The position numbers and the translations under genes are program-made. Source: Clostridia bacterium (lineage in GTDB: Bacteria; Bacillota; Clostridia; UMGS1883). From it: a stretch of DNA of 64,000 nt. Every line of letters begins with the position of its first letter. Position 1 is the stretch's first letter. Below the pieces are notes generated by a model. It was given only the letters and a program-made list of their open reading frames with translations, was not told the origin of the DNA and did no database searches. Of this stretch, positions 10,217 to 20,735 are shown piece by piece. The stretch spans positions 69,386 through 133,385 of the forward strand of contig JAZNSQ010000014.1 in the NCBI GenBank assembly GCA_045591265.1. The letters are read 5' to 3'.

Positions 10217-10897
10217 TTATTCTTCAGTATTTGCGTTTTCCTCTGCGGGAGTTTCCTCTGCTACCTCTGCAGGAGCCTCAGCGGGTGCTTCCTCAACTGC
10301 AGGAGCTTCTTCTACAGGAGCCTCTGCTACTGCTTCAGCCGGAGCTTCTGTAGCATTTTCCTCTACGGGAGCCTCTTCCTTTTCTACCTTGATCTCTGAA
10401 GGCTCAACCCCATTATCAACCAATGCCTGCAATGTACGTGCAAGGTTGCTTGCGGGAGCATTCAAGCTACCAAGAAGCTTAGCAAGAAGAACTTCACGAT
10501 TGGGTGTAGCGGCAAGTGTTTTAACTTCATCAAGTGAAATCACTTTACCTTCAAGGAAACCTGCTTTAATTTCAAGCTGTTCATTTGCCTTTGCAAACTC
10601 TGCGATAACCTTAGCGGGTGCAACTTCATCTGTCATGCTGAGAGCAAGAGATGTGGGCCCGTTAAGAATAGGATCAAGTTCATCAAGACCAACTTCCTTA
10701 GCTGCAAAACGTGTAAGAGTATTCTTAATAACTTTGTACTCAACACCTGCTTCACGAAGCTTGTTACGAAGCTGGGTATCCTGTTCAACAGAAAGTCCGC
10801 AATAGTCTACGAGCACGCCTGAAACAGCTGATTTCAACTGTTCTGCGAGATCAGAAACTATCTGTTTCTTTTCTTCGAGAATTTTCTGACTTGGCAT
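10217..10897 (-). CDS. rplJ: 50S ribosomal protein L10 with acidic C-terminal extension
   Basis: VLVDYCGLSV, YKVIKNTL, GPTSLA, LEIKAGFLEG, ATPNREVLLAKLLG. Confidence 0.97.
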   Translation of the reverse strand: MPSQKILEEKKQIVSDLAEQLKSAVSGVLVDYCGLSVEQDTQLRNKLREAGVEYKVIKNTLTRFAAKEVGLDELDPILNGPTSLALSMTDEVAPAKVIAEFAKANEQLEIKAGFLEGKVISLDEVKTLAATPNREVLLAKLLGSLNAPASNLARTLQALVDNGVEPSEIKVEKEEAPVEENATEAPAEAVAEAPVEEAPAVEEAPAEAPAEVAEETPAEENANTEE

Positions 10898-10917
10898 ATT
10901 CTCACCTCACAATAAAT

Positions 10918-11010
10918 AATAAAAAGGGATTCTTTGTCCATAGACACAAAGAATCCCGAGTTTTTTGTAGGAATACTTCCTCGGCAGGTCTTATTTTTAC
11001 GCCTGCTGTC
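10918..11010 (-). promoter_or_regulatory. L10 leader with attenuator terminator
   Basis: AGACAGCAGG...CCTGCCGAGG motif, then GGGATTCTTTGT..ACAAAGAATCCC-TTTTT; promoter TTGACA-17-TATTAT at 11064..11036. Confidence 0.85.
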
Positions 11011-11067
11011 TATGGAAAATTTAACTCACGTGTATATAATACACGATTGTTTTTGATTTGTCAACAA

Positions 11068-11760
11068 TTACATGAGCTTTGCAGAATTAATTTTAATTCC
11101 GGGGCCCATTGTGCTTGCTGTTGAAAGGCTTCTGATGTACTGGCCCTTTGATGTAGCCGGTTTAGCCTTAATGATTGCGCCCATAAGAACATCAAAGTTC
11201 TCTTTAAGCTTTTCAGCACCGAAAGATGCCTTGCCGATAGGACAGTGAATAATGTTTGTCTTATCAAGACGGTATTCAATCTTACCTGCCTTAACATCGT
11301 TTACTGCCTTACCAACTTCCATACTTACTGTACCTGCCTTGGGGTTGGGCATAAGACCTTTCGGTCCGAGAATTCTCGCGATACGACCAACAACGCCCAT
11401 CATGTCAGGTGTTGCGATAACTACATCGAAATCAAGCCAGTTTTCTTTCTGGATTTTTTCAATGTACTCTTCAGCGCCAACGTACTCTGCGCCGGCTGCC
11501 TTTGCTTCTTCTACCTTTTCTCCCTTAGCAAAAACAAGAACGCGAACCTTCTTGCCTGTACCGTGAGGAAGAACTACGGCACCTCTTACCTGTTGATCTG
11601 CGTGACGTGAGTCAACGCCAAGCTTTACGTGTAATTCGATTGTTTCATCAAATTTTGCACTGGCAGTCTTTACAACAAGGTCAAGAGCTTCTGCAGGATC
11701 ATACTGCTTTCCGGATTCAATAAGTGAAGCTCCGGTTAAATATTTCTTACCATGTTTCAT
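11068..11760 (-). CDS. rplA: 50S ribosomal protein L1
   Basis: [43 protein letters not shown]. Confidence 0.98.
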   Translation of the reverse strand: MKHGKKYLTGASLIESGKQYDPAEALDLVVKTASAKFDETIELHVKLGVDSRHADQQVRGAVVLPHGTGKKVRVLVFAKGEKVEEAKAAGAEYVGAEEYIEKIQKENWLDFDVVIATPDMMGVVGRIARILGPKGLMPNPKAGTVSMEVGKAVNDVKAGKIEYRLDKTNIIHCPIGKASFGAEKLKENFDVLMGAIIKAKPATSKGQYIRSLSTASTMGPGIKINSAKLM

Positions 11761-11775
11761 TACTGTTACCTCCTT

Positions 11776-11802
11776 GTGGTTAACGGGTTAAAACCCTCCC
11801 AC
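11776..11802 (-). promoter_or_regulatory. L1-binding operator upstream of rplA
   Basis: GTGGGAGG...ACCAC rRNA-mimic hairpin. Confidence 0.7.
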
Positions 11803-11833
11803 GTTTTTGTGGCAGTTTGTCTGCCTTTTTGTT

Positions 11834-12259
11834 TTACTCCTCGACTGTTACGCCCATGCTTCTTGCAGTACCTGCAATCATGCTCATAGCAGCTTCAAGA
11901 CTTGCAGCGTTAAGGTCAGGCATCTTTGTTTCAGCAATCTGCTGAAGATCAGCCTTCTTAAGCTCGGCTACCTTAGTCTTGTTCGGTACCCCACTACCGC
12001 TTTCAATTTTACAAGCCTTCTTAATAAGAACAGCTGCCGGCGGTGTCTTTGTGATAAAGCTAAAGGATCTGTCCGCGTAAACTGTGATAACAACAGGGAT
12101 AATTAAGCCTGCGTCTTTAGCAGTTCTCTCGTTGAATTCCTTTGTGAACTGCACGATATTTACACCGTGCTGACCTAGAGCGGGACCAACCGGCGGTGCC
12201 GGAGTAGCCTTACCTGCGGGGATTTGCAATTTGATATAACTTGTAATTTTCTGTGCCAT
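11834..12259 (-). CDS. rplK: 50S ribosomal protein L11
   Basis: [26 protein letters not shown]...GTARSMG. Confidence 0.98.
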   Translation of the reverse strand: MAQKITSYIKLQIPAGKATPAPPVGPALGQHGVNIVQFTKEFNERTAKDAGLIIPVVITVYADRSFSFITKTPPAAVLIKKACKIESGSGVPNKTKVAELKKADLQQIAETKMPDLNAASLEAAMSMIAGTARSMGVTVEE

Positions 12260-12282
12260 GGTTTGCACCTCCTTAGAAAAAT

Positions 12283-12311
12283 GTGGTGTTAGCGGGCATA
12301 AGCCCTCCCAT
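12283..12311 (-). promoter_or_regulatory. L1-binding operator upstream of rplK
   Basis: ATGGGAGGGC...GCTAACACCAC, same motif as before rplA. Confidence 0.7.
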
Positions 12312-12344
12312 CTATCAACAAGCCCGAAGGCCCATTAACCGATA

Positions 12345-12872
12345 TTACTCGAGCGGTTCGATCTGGTAGAATTCAAATTCAACCTGCATTTCTCTTCCGC
12401 CGAACATTGTTACCATAACGCATACCTTGCGTTTTTCCTGATTTATTTCAAGAACCTCGCCGATGAAGCCTTCCATCGTTCCATCTGTAATACGAACAGT
12501 GTCACCGACTTCAACACCAACGTCAACCTTGGTTACTTCAACGCCGAGACGTTCAACCTCTGCTTCAGAAAGCGGGACGGGTTTGCTTCCCGGACCAACA
12601 AAGCCTGTGCAGCCACGGGTGTTGCGAACAACATACCAGCTCTCATCTGTCATTTTCATTTTAACAAATACATATCCCGGATAAATCTTACGAGAAACAG
12701 TTTTCTTAACACCGTTTTCGTTTTCCTCAACAGTCTCTTCCATAGGTATACATACCTCACCGAAAAGCTCACCGAGTCCACGATTTTCAACGGTCTTTAA
12801 AATACTGTCTTTGACTTTGTTTTCATACCCTGAATATGTATGAGCAACATACCATTTTAATTCAGCACTCAT
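12345..12872 (-). CDS. nusG: Transcription termination/antitermination factor NusG
   Basis: WYVAHTYSGYENKVK, IYPGYVFVKM, VRNTRGCTGFVG, KOW domain. Confidence 0.98.
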   Translation of the reverse strand: MSAELKWYVAHTYSGYENKVKDSILKTVENRGLGELFGEVCIPMEETVEENENGVKKTVSRKIYPGYVFVKMKMTDESWYVVRNTRGCTGFVGPGSKPVPLSEAEVERLGVEVTKVDVGVEVGDTVRITDGTMEGFIGEVLEINQEKRKVCVMVTMFGGREMQVEFEFYQIEPLE

Positions 12873-12910
12873 AATACATCAGGCGCAGCGCCCTTCCTCC
12901 TTATCTTAAA

Positions 12911-13123
12911 TTATCCGAGAACAAGTTTGCTGAGCGATATAAAGAGTGAGTCAAGACCAAATATAATGAGTCCGATTATCAACAATGCGATAATAACGAT
13001 TGTTGTGTTATTAAGAAGCTGTTTCTTTGTAGGCCATACAACCTTCTTAAATTCAGATTTTGACGCCTTAATGCTTTTTACAAGGCGTGCAAAGATACCT
13101 TCTTTTTTAACAGTTTCTCCCAT
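12911..13123 (-). CDS. secE: Preprotein translocase SecE
   Basis: SEFKKVVWPTKKQL followed by a TM helix. Confidence 0.95.
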   Translation of the reverse strand: MGETVKKEGIFARLVKSIKASKSEFKKVVWPTKKQLLNNTTIVIIALLIIGLIIFGLDSLFISLSKLVLG

Positions 13124-13137
13124 GTTTTCACCCTCTA

Positions 13138-13287
13138 TTATTTAGATTCTTTATGCACGGTGTGCTTACGGCAGAAAGGACAATACTTGTTCATTTCGAG
13201 TCTGTCGGGGTCATTTTTCTTATTCTTGATAGTATTGTAATTACGCTGTTTGCACTCTGTACATGCTAATGTTATTTTTACTCTCAT
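13138..13287 (-). CDS. rpmG: 50S ribosomal protein L33 (Zn-binding form)
   Basis: [39 protein letters not shown]. Confidence 0.98.
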   Translation of the reverse strand: MRVKITLACTECKQRNYNTIKNKKNDPDRLEMNKYCPFCRKHTVHKESK

Positions 13288-13462
13288 AATTGCGCCTCCT
13301 GAGAAATATTTGCCTTTGCCTGCGCCTCTTTTTTGCACGTAAAAAAAAGCCTGCTCGGCAAGGTAAGAATAATATAACATATTTGCTTTAGTATGTCAAC
13401 AATTTTTTTAATTTTTTTACAATTTATAGATGCGGGCCGAATTATTGGCCCGCATCTATGTT

Positions 13463-14503
13463 TTATCTCTCTCCCATAATAACTCTGTATACCTTTGGAG
13501 TATATCTTTCACACAGTTTGCAGAAGGTGTTTATTATAAGCAAGGTCAACACAACTGTGCCGATAAAGTTTGGTATTGCAAAATACACATTTCTCGGCAT
13601 AATCATATAAAGAAGCCTGCATACCACCGCCTGAACATTTACGTGCATTGCATAAACGGCAAAGGAATAACCATAAAATCTTTTTTCAGAAAGCTTATCT
13701 ATAAACAGATCGCTAAGTCTCCAGAAAGCCAGTGCGTTTACCGTTCTAAATAAAATTTTAAACGGGATCGGATATCTAAACTTATAATAATCAGCCAAGC
13801 ACTCAAATGCCACTGTCAGAAGGAAAATTATCAGCGCCTTAATTGCTGTGGATCTGCTTGACTTTTTGACTATGGAATCAAAATAATGCATTCCTATAAT
13901 TCCGCCAATAATGTAATATATGGACGCTTTAAGGTTGAAAAAGGTTCCTGTGGGGTCATTTATGTATTTTGAAAACGCAATAAAGAGCACACAAAATGCC
14001 AAAGCCACTTTTTTATTCTTTATTACGTAATATATAACGGGCGATACTAAATTTAGTGCCATAAGTTGCAGAATAAACCAGAAAACAGAGTTGCAGCCAT
14101 AGCGGAAAATTCCATCCAATACATTTGGCAGATTAATTACAAATTTTTCTCGCAGTATAAAAAGCTGTGATATTGGTGTGTAGGATGTTACAATTTCAAA
14201 CAACATCCATACTGTATTCCAGATTAAATAAGGGATAAGAAGGGTGTGAATTCTTGATTTTATTTTCTTCAAGTAACCTTTGTGACTGTAGTTTCTGAAA
14301 AAAAGCATACCTGAAACCATAAAAAAGAGTCTTACTGCAAAAATAGGCATATTCCTTACAAGCACGTTATTAACAACTGCATTAGGCAAGAATTGGGTCA
14401 TTCCCCCAAAGGATGAAATATGAACAAAAAAAACAAAAACGCTCATTATATACGCCGTAATAGTTTTTTTCTTCCAGAAATATTCCACTAAAATCCTCTC
14501 CAA
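13463..14503 (-). CDS. Acyltransferase-3 family membrane protein
   Basis: VFFVH, AVRLFFMVSG, LLIPYLIWN, FWFI motifs; multi-TM. Confidence 0.85.
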   Translation of the reverse strand: MERILVEYFWKKKTITAYIMSVFVFFVHISSFGGMTQFLPNAVVNNVLVRNMPIFAVRLFFMVSGMLFFRNYSHKGYLKKIKSRIHTLLIPYLIWNTVWMLFEIVTSYTPISQLFILREKFVINLPNVLDGIFRYGCNSVFWFILQLMALNLVSPVIYYVIKNKKVALAFCVLFIAFSKYINDPTGTFFNLKASIYYIIGGIIGMHYFDSIVKKSSRSTAIKALIIFLLTVAFECLADYYKFRYPIPFKILFRTVNALAFWRLSDLFIDKLSEKRFYGYSFAVYAMHVNVQAVVCRLLYMIMPRNVYFAIPNFIGTVVLTLLIINTFCKLCERYTPKVYRVIMGER

Positions 14504-14633
14504 TCTTTAAATCGACGTAATTATAACATGATTGCCTTTTTCTGTCAATAGTATTGGATTTTAACTTTTTTAAGATAAGGTGTAGAAATATCCCGAAAGG
14601 TATGTTATAATCATAAAAAAACGAGGTGGTATT

Positions 14634-14828
14634 ATGAACAAAAGATTATACAAAATTGAAGATGGGAAAAAGCTTTGTGGTGTGTGCGGGGGTATTGCGG
14701 AGTATTTAAATATTGACCCTACAGTTATAAGACTTTTATGGGTTCTCTTTACGGCTCTTGGAGGAAGCGGAATAATCGCTTATATAATCTGCGCGATAAT
14801 ATTCCCCAATAAGAGTCAGATTATATAA
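14634..14828 (+). CDS. pspC: PspC domain protein
   Basis: KRLYKIEDGKKLCGVCGGIAEYLNIDPTVIRLLW. Confidence 0.93.
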   Translation: MNKRLYKIEDGKKLCGVCGGIAEYLNIDPTVIRLLWVLFTALGGSGIIAYIICAIIFPNKSQII

Positions 14829-14830
14829 AT

Positions 14831-15514
14831 ATGGAAGAATTTTTTAATTTAAAGCCTGTCGCATATATTCATAATGATTTTAAGGAAAAATTTGGCGTTC
14901 CCAGACAAAGCGGACTTATTGGGGAAGCTGAATCGGTAATTGTTTTTGAAAAGGAATTTCAAAACCCTGACTTTTTGCGCGGTATCGAAAATTTTTCTCA
15001 CCTGTGGCTTATCTGGCAGTTTTCTGAAAATAATTCGTTGAAGGTTTCTCCCACGGTGCGCCCGCCAAGACTTGGAGGGAATAAAAGGATGGGCGTTTTT
15101 GCAACGCGCTCACCGTTTAGACCAAACGCGTTGGGGCTTTCCTCCGTAAAACTTCTGGAAGTTTTTAAGACGGAATCTTCAGGACTGGCACTTAGAGTAG
15201 CCGGTGCAGATTTGGTGGATAACACGCCGATATTTGACATAAAGCCTTATCTTTCATATTCTGACAGTCATCCTGACGCTGTGTGCGGATTTACAGACAG
15301 TTTACATCAAGAAAAGCTTGAGGTAAAGTTTCTGTGTGATGCGGAAAATATACTCCCGAAGGATAAGCTTTGCGTTCTTACTAAAATGCTTGAAAATGAC
15401 CCGCGTCCATCTTACCACGATGACGAAAGGACCTACACCTTCTCTTTTGCAGGCTTTGAAGTAAGCTTTTTCGTGGAAAATGATACAGTTAGCGTGACGG
15501 ATATAAAAAGTTGA
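14831..15514 (+). CDS. trmO: tRNA t6A37 N6-methyltransferase TrmO/TsaA
   Basis: FGVPRQSG, HLWLIWQF, GVFATRSPFRPNALGLS, DLVDNTPIFDIKPY. Confidence 0.93.
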   Translation: MEEFFNLKPVAYIHNDFKEKFGVPRQSGLIGEAESVIVFEKEFQNPDFLRGIENFSHLWLIWQFSENNSLKVSPTVRPPRLGGNKRMGVFATRSPFRPNALGLSSVKLLEVFKTESSGLALRVAGADLVDNTPIFDIKPYLSYSDSHPDAVCGFTDSLHQEKLEVKFLCDAENILPKDKLCVLTKMLENDPRPSYHDDERTYTFSFAGFEVSFFVENDTVSVTDIKS

Positions 15515-15607
15515 ACTAAAGGCATCATTATATAGGGAGAAATTCACCCTATATAATGATGCCTAAATCTCTCTTTGTTTCATATATTTATAATGAGAGG
15601 TTTTTTT

Positions 15608-16252
15608 ATGAGAATAATAAAAAAGCGCAAATTTGTGTTTCTTCCTTATATATTAATTGTTTTTCTGGTTTCCTTATTTATATGGTCTTCTTACATTTTT
15701 ACAATAAAGCTTCGTCCCCGCATAATTACCATAACTCAAAGCTATGCAAAAAATGTGGTGTCGCAGGTGGTGGACGAGGAGGTTAAAAAGATTATGCTTG
15801 AGGAGCTTTTTTCCTACGATAATCTTGCCGTTATAAAAAGAGACGCGCAAGGAAGAGTCACAAGCATATCATCAAACACCATTACAATTAACCGCCTTGC
15901 AAACGATTTGGGAATGGCAATCGGCGACAAGCTTGACGAGATTTCGGTAATTAAAAACAAGCTTTATATAACAAGCCTTGTGGGGCTTGACCTTCTTTCT
16001 TCCGTTGGTCCGAGGGTAAGTGTCAGATTTTCTCCAATATCTGTTGCAAACGCTGACATCTTCCACTCTTTTGAAGAGGCGGGAATAAATCAGACACTTC
16101 ACACAGTTAATCTTAAGGTCACTGTTGATATGGCGATTGTGATGCCTCTTGCGCACAGCACTCTTACCATAAATTCAACAATGCCACTTTCCCAGACATT
16201 AATTGTAGGAAGCGTGCCCGATGCTTACCTAAATAAATCCATTTCTCCTTAA
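15608..16252 (+). CDS. yunB: Sporulation protein YunB
   Basis: N-terminal TM; FEEAGINQTLH; QTLIVGSVPDAY. Confidence 0.85.
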   Translation: MRIIKKRKFVFLPYILIVFLVSLFIWSSYIFTIKLRPRIITITQSYAKNVVSQVVDEEVKKIMLEELFSYDNLAVIKRDAQGRVTSISSNTITINRLANDLGMAIGDKLDEISVIKNKLYITSLVGLDLLSSVGPRVSVRFSPISVANADIFHSFEEAGINQTLHTVNLKVTVDMAIVMPLAHSTLTINSTMPLSQTLIVGSVPDAYLNKSISP

Positions 16253-16321
16253 AAAAAATGTTGACTAATTTAAAAAAAGGCTGTATACTATTATCATCAG
16301 TATTGGCTAAGGAGTTTTTTT

Positions 16322-16585
16322 ATGTATTCAAAAGAAATTGTTGTGCAAAATCAAGTTGGCTTGCATGCAAGACCGGCAACATTCTTTATTCAGAAAGCAA
16401 ATGAATTTTCATCGGGAATTTGGATTTCCAAAGATGAGAGAAAAGTTAACGCAAAAAGTCTCCTTGGCGTTTTATCATTAGGGGTTACCCGTGGCACAAG
16501 CATTACAATACTTGCCGAGGGTGCCGATGAAGAGTCAGCCGTTAATGAACTTGCCGACTTGGTTCAGACAAATTTTTTAGAATAA
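16322..16585 (+). CDS. ptsH: HPr phosphocarrier protein
   Basis: GLHARPA (His15), VNAKSLLGVL (Ser46). Confidence 0.93.
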   Translation: MYSKEIVVQNQVGLHARPATFFIQKANEFSSGIWISKDERKVNAKSLLGVLSLGVTRGTSITILAEGADEESAVNELADLVQTNFLE

Positions 16586-16635
16586 GCTTACAAAATGCCT
16601 GACGTCTCGTCAGGCTTTTTTTACAGGAGGACTCT

Positions 16636-17670
16636 ATGAAAAAACTGTTACTGGGGCTTTTGTGTATTTTCCTTACGGCGTGTGTGCCATCTTACACTGC
16701 GCCTGGTGATTTGACCCCTTCTGATATAGAAAGCTACAGAGCGCCCGAAGACATGCTTGAACTTCATTTTATTGATGTGGGGCAAGGGGACTCGACACTT
16801 ATCCGCGCAGGCGAAACCACTCTTTTAATAGATGCGGGAACGGGCGAAAGCGAAGAAAAACTTGTTTCCTATCTTAAAAGCATAGGAGCTACGGAAATTG
16901 ACATTTTCATATCAACCCACCCTCACGAAGATCATCTTGGCGGAGGGGCAAAGCTTCTTCGAGAAACAGATGTAAAGTCTGTTTATATGTCGGAGGAGGC
17001 TTCAAGTTCATACTTTTTTGAAAAATTTGTTGACGCTCTTTTAGAAAGAAACATTACCCCATCACCTGTAGATACGGGATGCGTGTACAAAACGGACGAT
17101 TTTGAGTTTGAATTTTTAACTGACGGCACACAGTTTGAAAACACAAACGATAATTCCCTTGTAATTTTAGTTACATACAGGGAGAAGAAGTTTCTTTTTA
17201 CGGGTGACGCCGAAAAGGCGCCTGAGCTTTTTCTTACCCGGAAGGGAGAAAAGATAAACTCTGACCTTTTAAAAATAGGGCATCATGGAAGTAGGTTCGC
17301 AAGCCAGAACAGTTTTTTAAACGCGGTTTCCCCGTCTGTTGCAATCATCTCCTGCGGGGAGGGAAATTCCTATGGGCATCCGCACGAGGAAACGCTAAAC
17401 AGACTTGATAATTTTAAAATTAAAACCTATAGAACGGATATTTCAGGGGACATAAGAATATATTGTGACGGGAATAAGCTTTATGATGATGAGGGAAACG
17501 TAATTGAAAATTCTTTCTCTGAAATTTCATACATAGGAAACAGAAAATCAAAGAAATTTCATTGGGAGGATTGTGCGGGCAAACCCGCCTCTAAAAATTC
17601 AGTTAGCTTTAAAACAAGGGAGGATGCAATTAGATTTGGCTACTCTCCCTGCAAAACTTGTAATCCCTGA
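16636..17670 (+). CDS. ComEC-like metallo-beta-lactamase lipoprotein with C-terminal Ada-type metal-binding domain
   Basis: Lipobox LTAC, DVGQGD, THPHEDHLGG, GHHGS, KKFHWEDC...PCKTCNP. Confidence 0.88.
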   Translation: MKKLLLGLLCIFLTACVPSYTAPGDLTPSDIESYRAPEDMLELHFIDVGQGDSTLIRAGETTLLIDAGTGESEEKLVSYLKSIGATEIDIFISTHPHEDHLGGGAKLLRETDVKSVYMSEEASSSYFFEKFVDALLERNITPSPVDTGCVYKTDDFEFEFLTDGTQFENTNDNSLVILVTYREKKFLFTGDAEKAPELFLTRKGEKINSDLLKIGHHGSRFASQNSFLNAVSPSVAIISCGEGNSYGHPHEETLNRLDNFKIKTYRTDISGDIRIYCDGNKLYDDEGNVIENSFSEISYIGNRKSKKFHWEDCAGKPASKNSVSFKTREDAIRFGYSPCKTCNP

Positions 17671-17691
17671 TTTTTGGAAAGGAAGATTTGT

Positions 17692-18309
17692 ATGAAGGTT
17701 ATTTTGTTTAACGGCAGTCCCAAGGAAAAAGGGTGCACCCATGCTGCACTTAATATAATAAAGGAAGAGCTTGAGAAAAACGGTGTTAATGCCGAAATTT
17801 TTCATGCAGGCAAAACAACAAAGGGTTGTATGGGGTGCGGATTTTGCGCAAAAAATGGCAAATGCATAACAGACGACTGCGTAAACGAGGCGCTTTTGCT
17901 TTTGGATGATGCTGACGCTTTTGTGTTTGGCTCACCAGTTCATTACGCGTCTATGTCGGGGGCGATGACGTCCTTTCTTGACCGCCTTTTTTATGCAGGC
18001 GGGAAAAAGCTTTGCCAAAAGCCGTGCGCGGTAGTCGCTTCCTGCAGGCGTGCGGGCTCAACTACTACGATAGACCAGCTTCTTAAATATCCTGAATTTA
18101 TGCAGATGCCCATTATAAATGGTCAGTACTGGCCAATGGTGCACGGAAACACGCCCGAGGAAGTTATGAAAGATAGCGAGGGCATTCAGGTAATGCGCAC
18201 AATAGCAAGAAATATGGCATGGATTCTTAAATGCATTGAGGCAGGAAAAAATGCGGGAATAAACCCGCCTGAAACAGAAGAAAAGATAAAGACGAATTAT
18301 ATAAGATAA
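17692..18309 (+). CDS. Flavodoxin family / iron-sulfur flavoprotein
   Basis: NGSP, CMGCGFCAKNGKC, GSPVHY. Confidence 0.88.
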   Translation: MKVILFNGSPKEKGCTHAALNIIKEELEKNGVNAEIFHAGKTTKGCMGCGFCAKNGKCITDDCVNEALLLLDDADAFVFGSPVHYASMSGAMTSFLDRLFYAGGKKLCQKPCAVVASCRRAGSTTTIDQLLKYPEFMQMPIINGQYWPMVHGNTPEEVMKDSEGIQVMRTIARNMAWILKCIEAGKNAGINPPETEEKIKTNYIR

Positions 18310-18321
18310 GGAAGTAATGAC

Positions 18322-19695
18322 GTGTCAAGTAAATTTGAGAGTTTTAAAAAATATGTTTCTGACAAAAATGTTACCGTTGTGGGAATTGGGATCAGTAACC
18401 TCCCCCTTATAAAGCTTTTGTGTGAGTCGGGCGCACGCGTTACGGCTTGCGACAAAAAAAGCGAAGAAGATCTTGGGGAAAAAGCTTCTCAATTAAAGGA
18501 AATGGGCGTCACCCTTAAATGCGGAGAAGATTATCTTGATAACATTCGTGGTGACTTAATTTTCAGAACGCCCGGACTTCGCTTTGACCATCCTGCTCTT
18601 TTAAAAGCAAAGGAAAACGGTAGCATTATAACAAGCGAAATGGAAGTGTTTTTTGAGGTTTGCCCCGCAAAAATAATTGCCGTTACGGGAAGTGACGGGA
18701 AAACCACAACCACGACACTTATAAATGAGATACTTAAGGAAAGCGGTTACACCACTCACCTTGGCGGAAACATCGGAAATCCGCTTCTTTGTGATACAGA
18801 CAAAATCCAAAAGGACGACCTTGCGGTGCTTGAGCTTTCGAGCTTTCAGCTTCATACTATGAAAAAAAGTGCAGATGTTTCTGTGGTCACAAATATTACG
18901 CCAAATCATCTTGACGTTCATAAATCCTATGAAGAATACATAGAGGCGAAGAAAAACATCTATCTTTACCAGGATAGCCAGGGCGTTTTAGTAGTTAATA
19001 ATGAAAACGAACAGTCTTTCGGGTGCGCGCAAGAAGCAAAAGGAGAAGTGCGCACATTTGGTTATGACAAAGCTCTTACGGTTTATGCAGACGACTTTTC
19101 AATTTATGCTTTTAGAGAAAAAGTGCTTGACAGAAAAGATATAAAAATTCCGGGGGAGCACAATGTTCAAAACTATATGGCTGCAATCTGTGCAACGTAC
19201 CCTTATGCTAAAATTGACGCGATAAAAGCTGTGGCAAAAAACTTTGGCGGTGTAAGTCACAGAATTGAATTTGTGCGCGAGCTTGACGGAGTTTTATATT
19301 ACAACAGTTCAATTGATTCAAGCCCCAACAGAACAATAAATACGCTTAATGTTTTTGATAAGGTAATTCTTATTGCAGGCGGTAAGGATAAGGGAATAAG
19401 CTATGACGCAATCGGTGAGGCGATTGCAAAAAAAGTAAAGCACCTTGTTCTTATCGGGAAAACGAGCGATGCAATTAAGGCTTCTCTTGATAATTACGTT
19501 AAAAAAACAGGGGTTGGCGCGGATATTAAAACTGACTTTTGCAAAACATACGAAGAGGCAGTTTTCTCTGCAAGGCGCGCCTCAAGTGCGGGAGATATTA
19601 TTCTTCTTTCAAATGCGAGCACAAGCTTTGATATGTTTAATAACTTTGAAGAAAGAGGCAATCTGTTTAAAAGCATTGTAAACAAACTGAAATAG
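18322..19695 (+). CDS. murD: UDP-N-acetylmuramoyl-L-alanine--D-glutamate ligase
   Basis: GIGISN, AVTGSDGKTTTT, GGNIG, LELSSFQL, HRIEFV. Confidence 0.96.
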   Translation: MSSKFESFKKYVSDKNVTVVGIGISNLPLIKLLCESGARVTACDKKSEEDLGEKASQLKEMGVTLKCGEDYLDNIRGDLIFRTPGLRFDHPALLKAKENGSIITSEMEVFFEVCPAKIIAVTGSDGKTTTTTLINEILKESGYTTHLGGNIGNPLLCDTDKIQKDDLAVLELSSFQLHTMKKSADVSVVTNITPNHLDVHKSYEEYIEAKKNIYLYQDSQGVLVVNNENEQSFGCAQEAKGEVRTFGYDKALTVYADDFSIYAFREKVLDRKDIKIPGEHNVQNYMAAICATYPYAKIDAIKAVAKNFGGVSHRIEFVRELDGVLYYNSSIDSSPNRTINTLNVFDKVILIAGGKDKGISYDAIGEAIAKKVKHLVLIGKTSDAIKASLDNYVKKTGVGADIKTDFCKTYEEAVFSARRASSAGDIILLSNASTSFDMFNNFEERGNLFKSIVNKLK

Positions 19696-19703
19696 GTGAT
19701 TGT

Positions 19704-20735
19704 ATGAAATCATTTGAATATCTTAAACTTCTTGACAGCGAAATAGGAATAAGCGGAAATGAAGACGGCGTGCGAGGCGTTGTCAGAGATTTTTTTAAAA
19801 AGTACTGCGATGAAATAAAAACCGATAAGCTTGGAAATTTAATAGGCAAAATTTCAGGCACAAACCCCGATGCTCCTTCCGTTATGATTGAAGCGCACAT
19901 GGATGAAATCGGGCTTATGGTAAGTAAAATTACGGATGAAGGAAGTCTTAAGTTTATTACCGTTGGCGGATTTGACCCAAAAGTGCTTACAGGAAGCGAA
20001 GTTACCGTTTTCGGAAAAGAAAAGCTTTTTGGGGTAATCGGTGCTACACCTCCCCACCTTTTAAAAGGGAAAAGTGAGGCGCCTTCTTTTGACGAGCTTT
20101 GTGTTGACATTGGCTTTTTTTCAAAGGAAGAGACTGAAAAAAAGGTCAGCGTGGGAGACGTCATATCCATAAACACGTTCTTTACCCCGCTTTTAGGGGA
20201 TATGGTTTCAGGCAGATGCATTGATGACCGCGGATGTCTTGCTATTATCTTTCTCGTTATGGAAGCCATTTCAAAATATAAAATTCAAAATGATATATAC
20301 TTTGTGGCGGCAGTGCAGGAAGAATTAGGCCTTCGCGGGGCAAGGGTTTCGTCTTTTTGGGTTAAGCCTGATATTTCAATTGTGCTTGACGTTTGCCACG
20401 GCGAAAGCCCGGGAGTAACCGAGGATGCTTTCCCATGCGGTAAAGGGCCTGTAATAACGCTTGGACCTAATCTTCACACCAAATTAACAAAAAAACTAAT
20501 TGCGATTGCCAAAGATAATGGTATTGACATTCAAAAAGAAGCGTGTGCATCAAGTACCGGAACGGACGCGTGGGAAATTCAGGTGTCAGGCCTTGGTGTT
20601 AAAACGGCGCTTGTATCGGTTCCGCTCAGGTATATGCATTCAAATTATGAGGTTTGTTCATTAAAAGATATTGAAAGTGCGGCAGAGCTTATCTCGATGT
20701 TTTTAATTAACCTAAAGGCAGGTGAAGATTTATGA
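19704..20735 (+). CDS. M42 family aminopeptidase 1
   Basis: AHMDEIG, DDRG, VQEELG, D, RYMH metal ligands. Confidence 0.92.
   Translation: MKSFEYLKLLDSEIGISGNEDGVRGVVRDFFKKYCDEIKTDKLGNLIGKISGTNPDAPSVMIEAHMDEIGLMVSKITDEGSLKFITVGGFDPKVLTGSEVTVFGKEKLFGVIGATPPHLLKGKSEAPSFDELCVDIGFFSKEETEKKVSVGDVISINTFFTPLLGDMVSGRCIDDRGCLAIIFLVMEAISKYKIQNDIYFVAAVQEELGLRGARVSSFWVKPDISIVLDVCHGESPGVTEDAFPCGKGPVITLGPNLHTKLTKKLIAIAKDNGIDIQKEACASSTGTDAWEIQVSGLGVKTALVSVPLRYMHSNYEVCSLKDIESAAELISMFLINLKAGEDL

Noticed and set aside
13463-13480. Host acyltransferase ending in GER as a member of the tail cohort
   Set aside because: Integral membrane chromosomal protein lacking the Lys-rich run; treated as background
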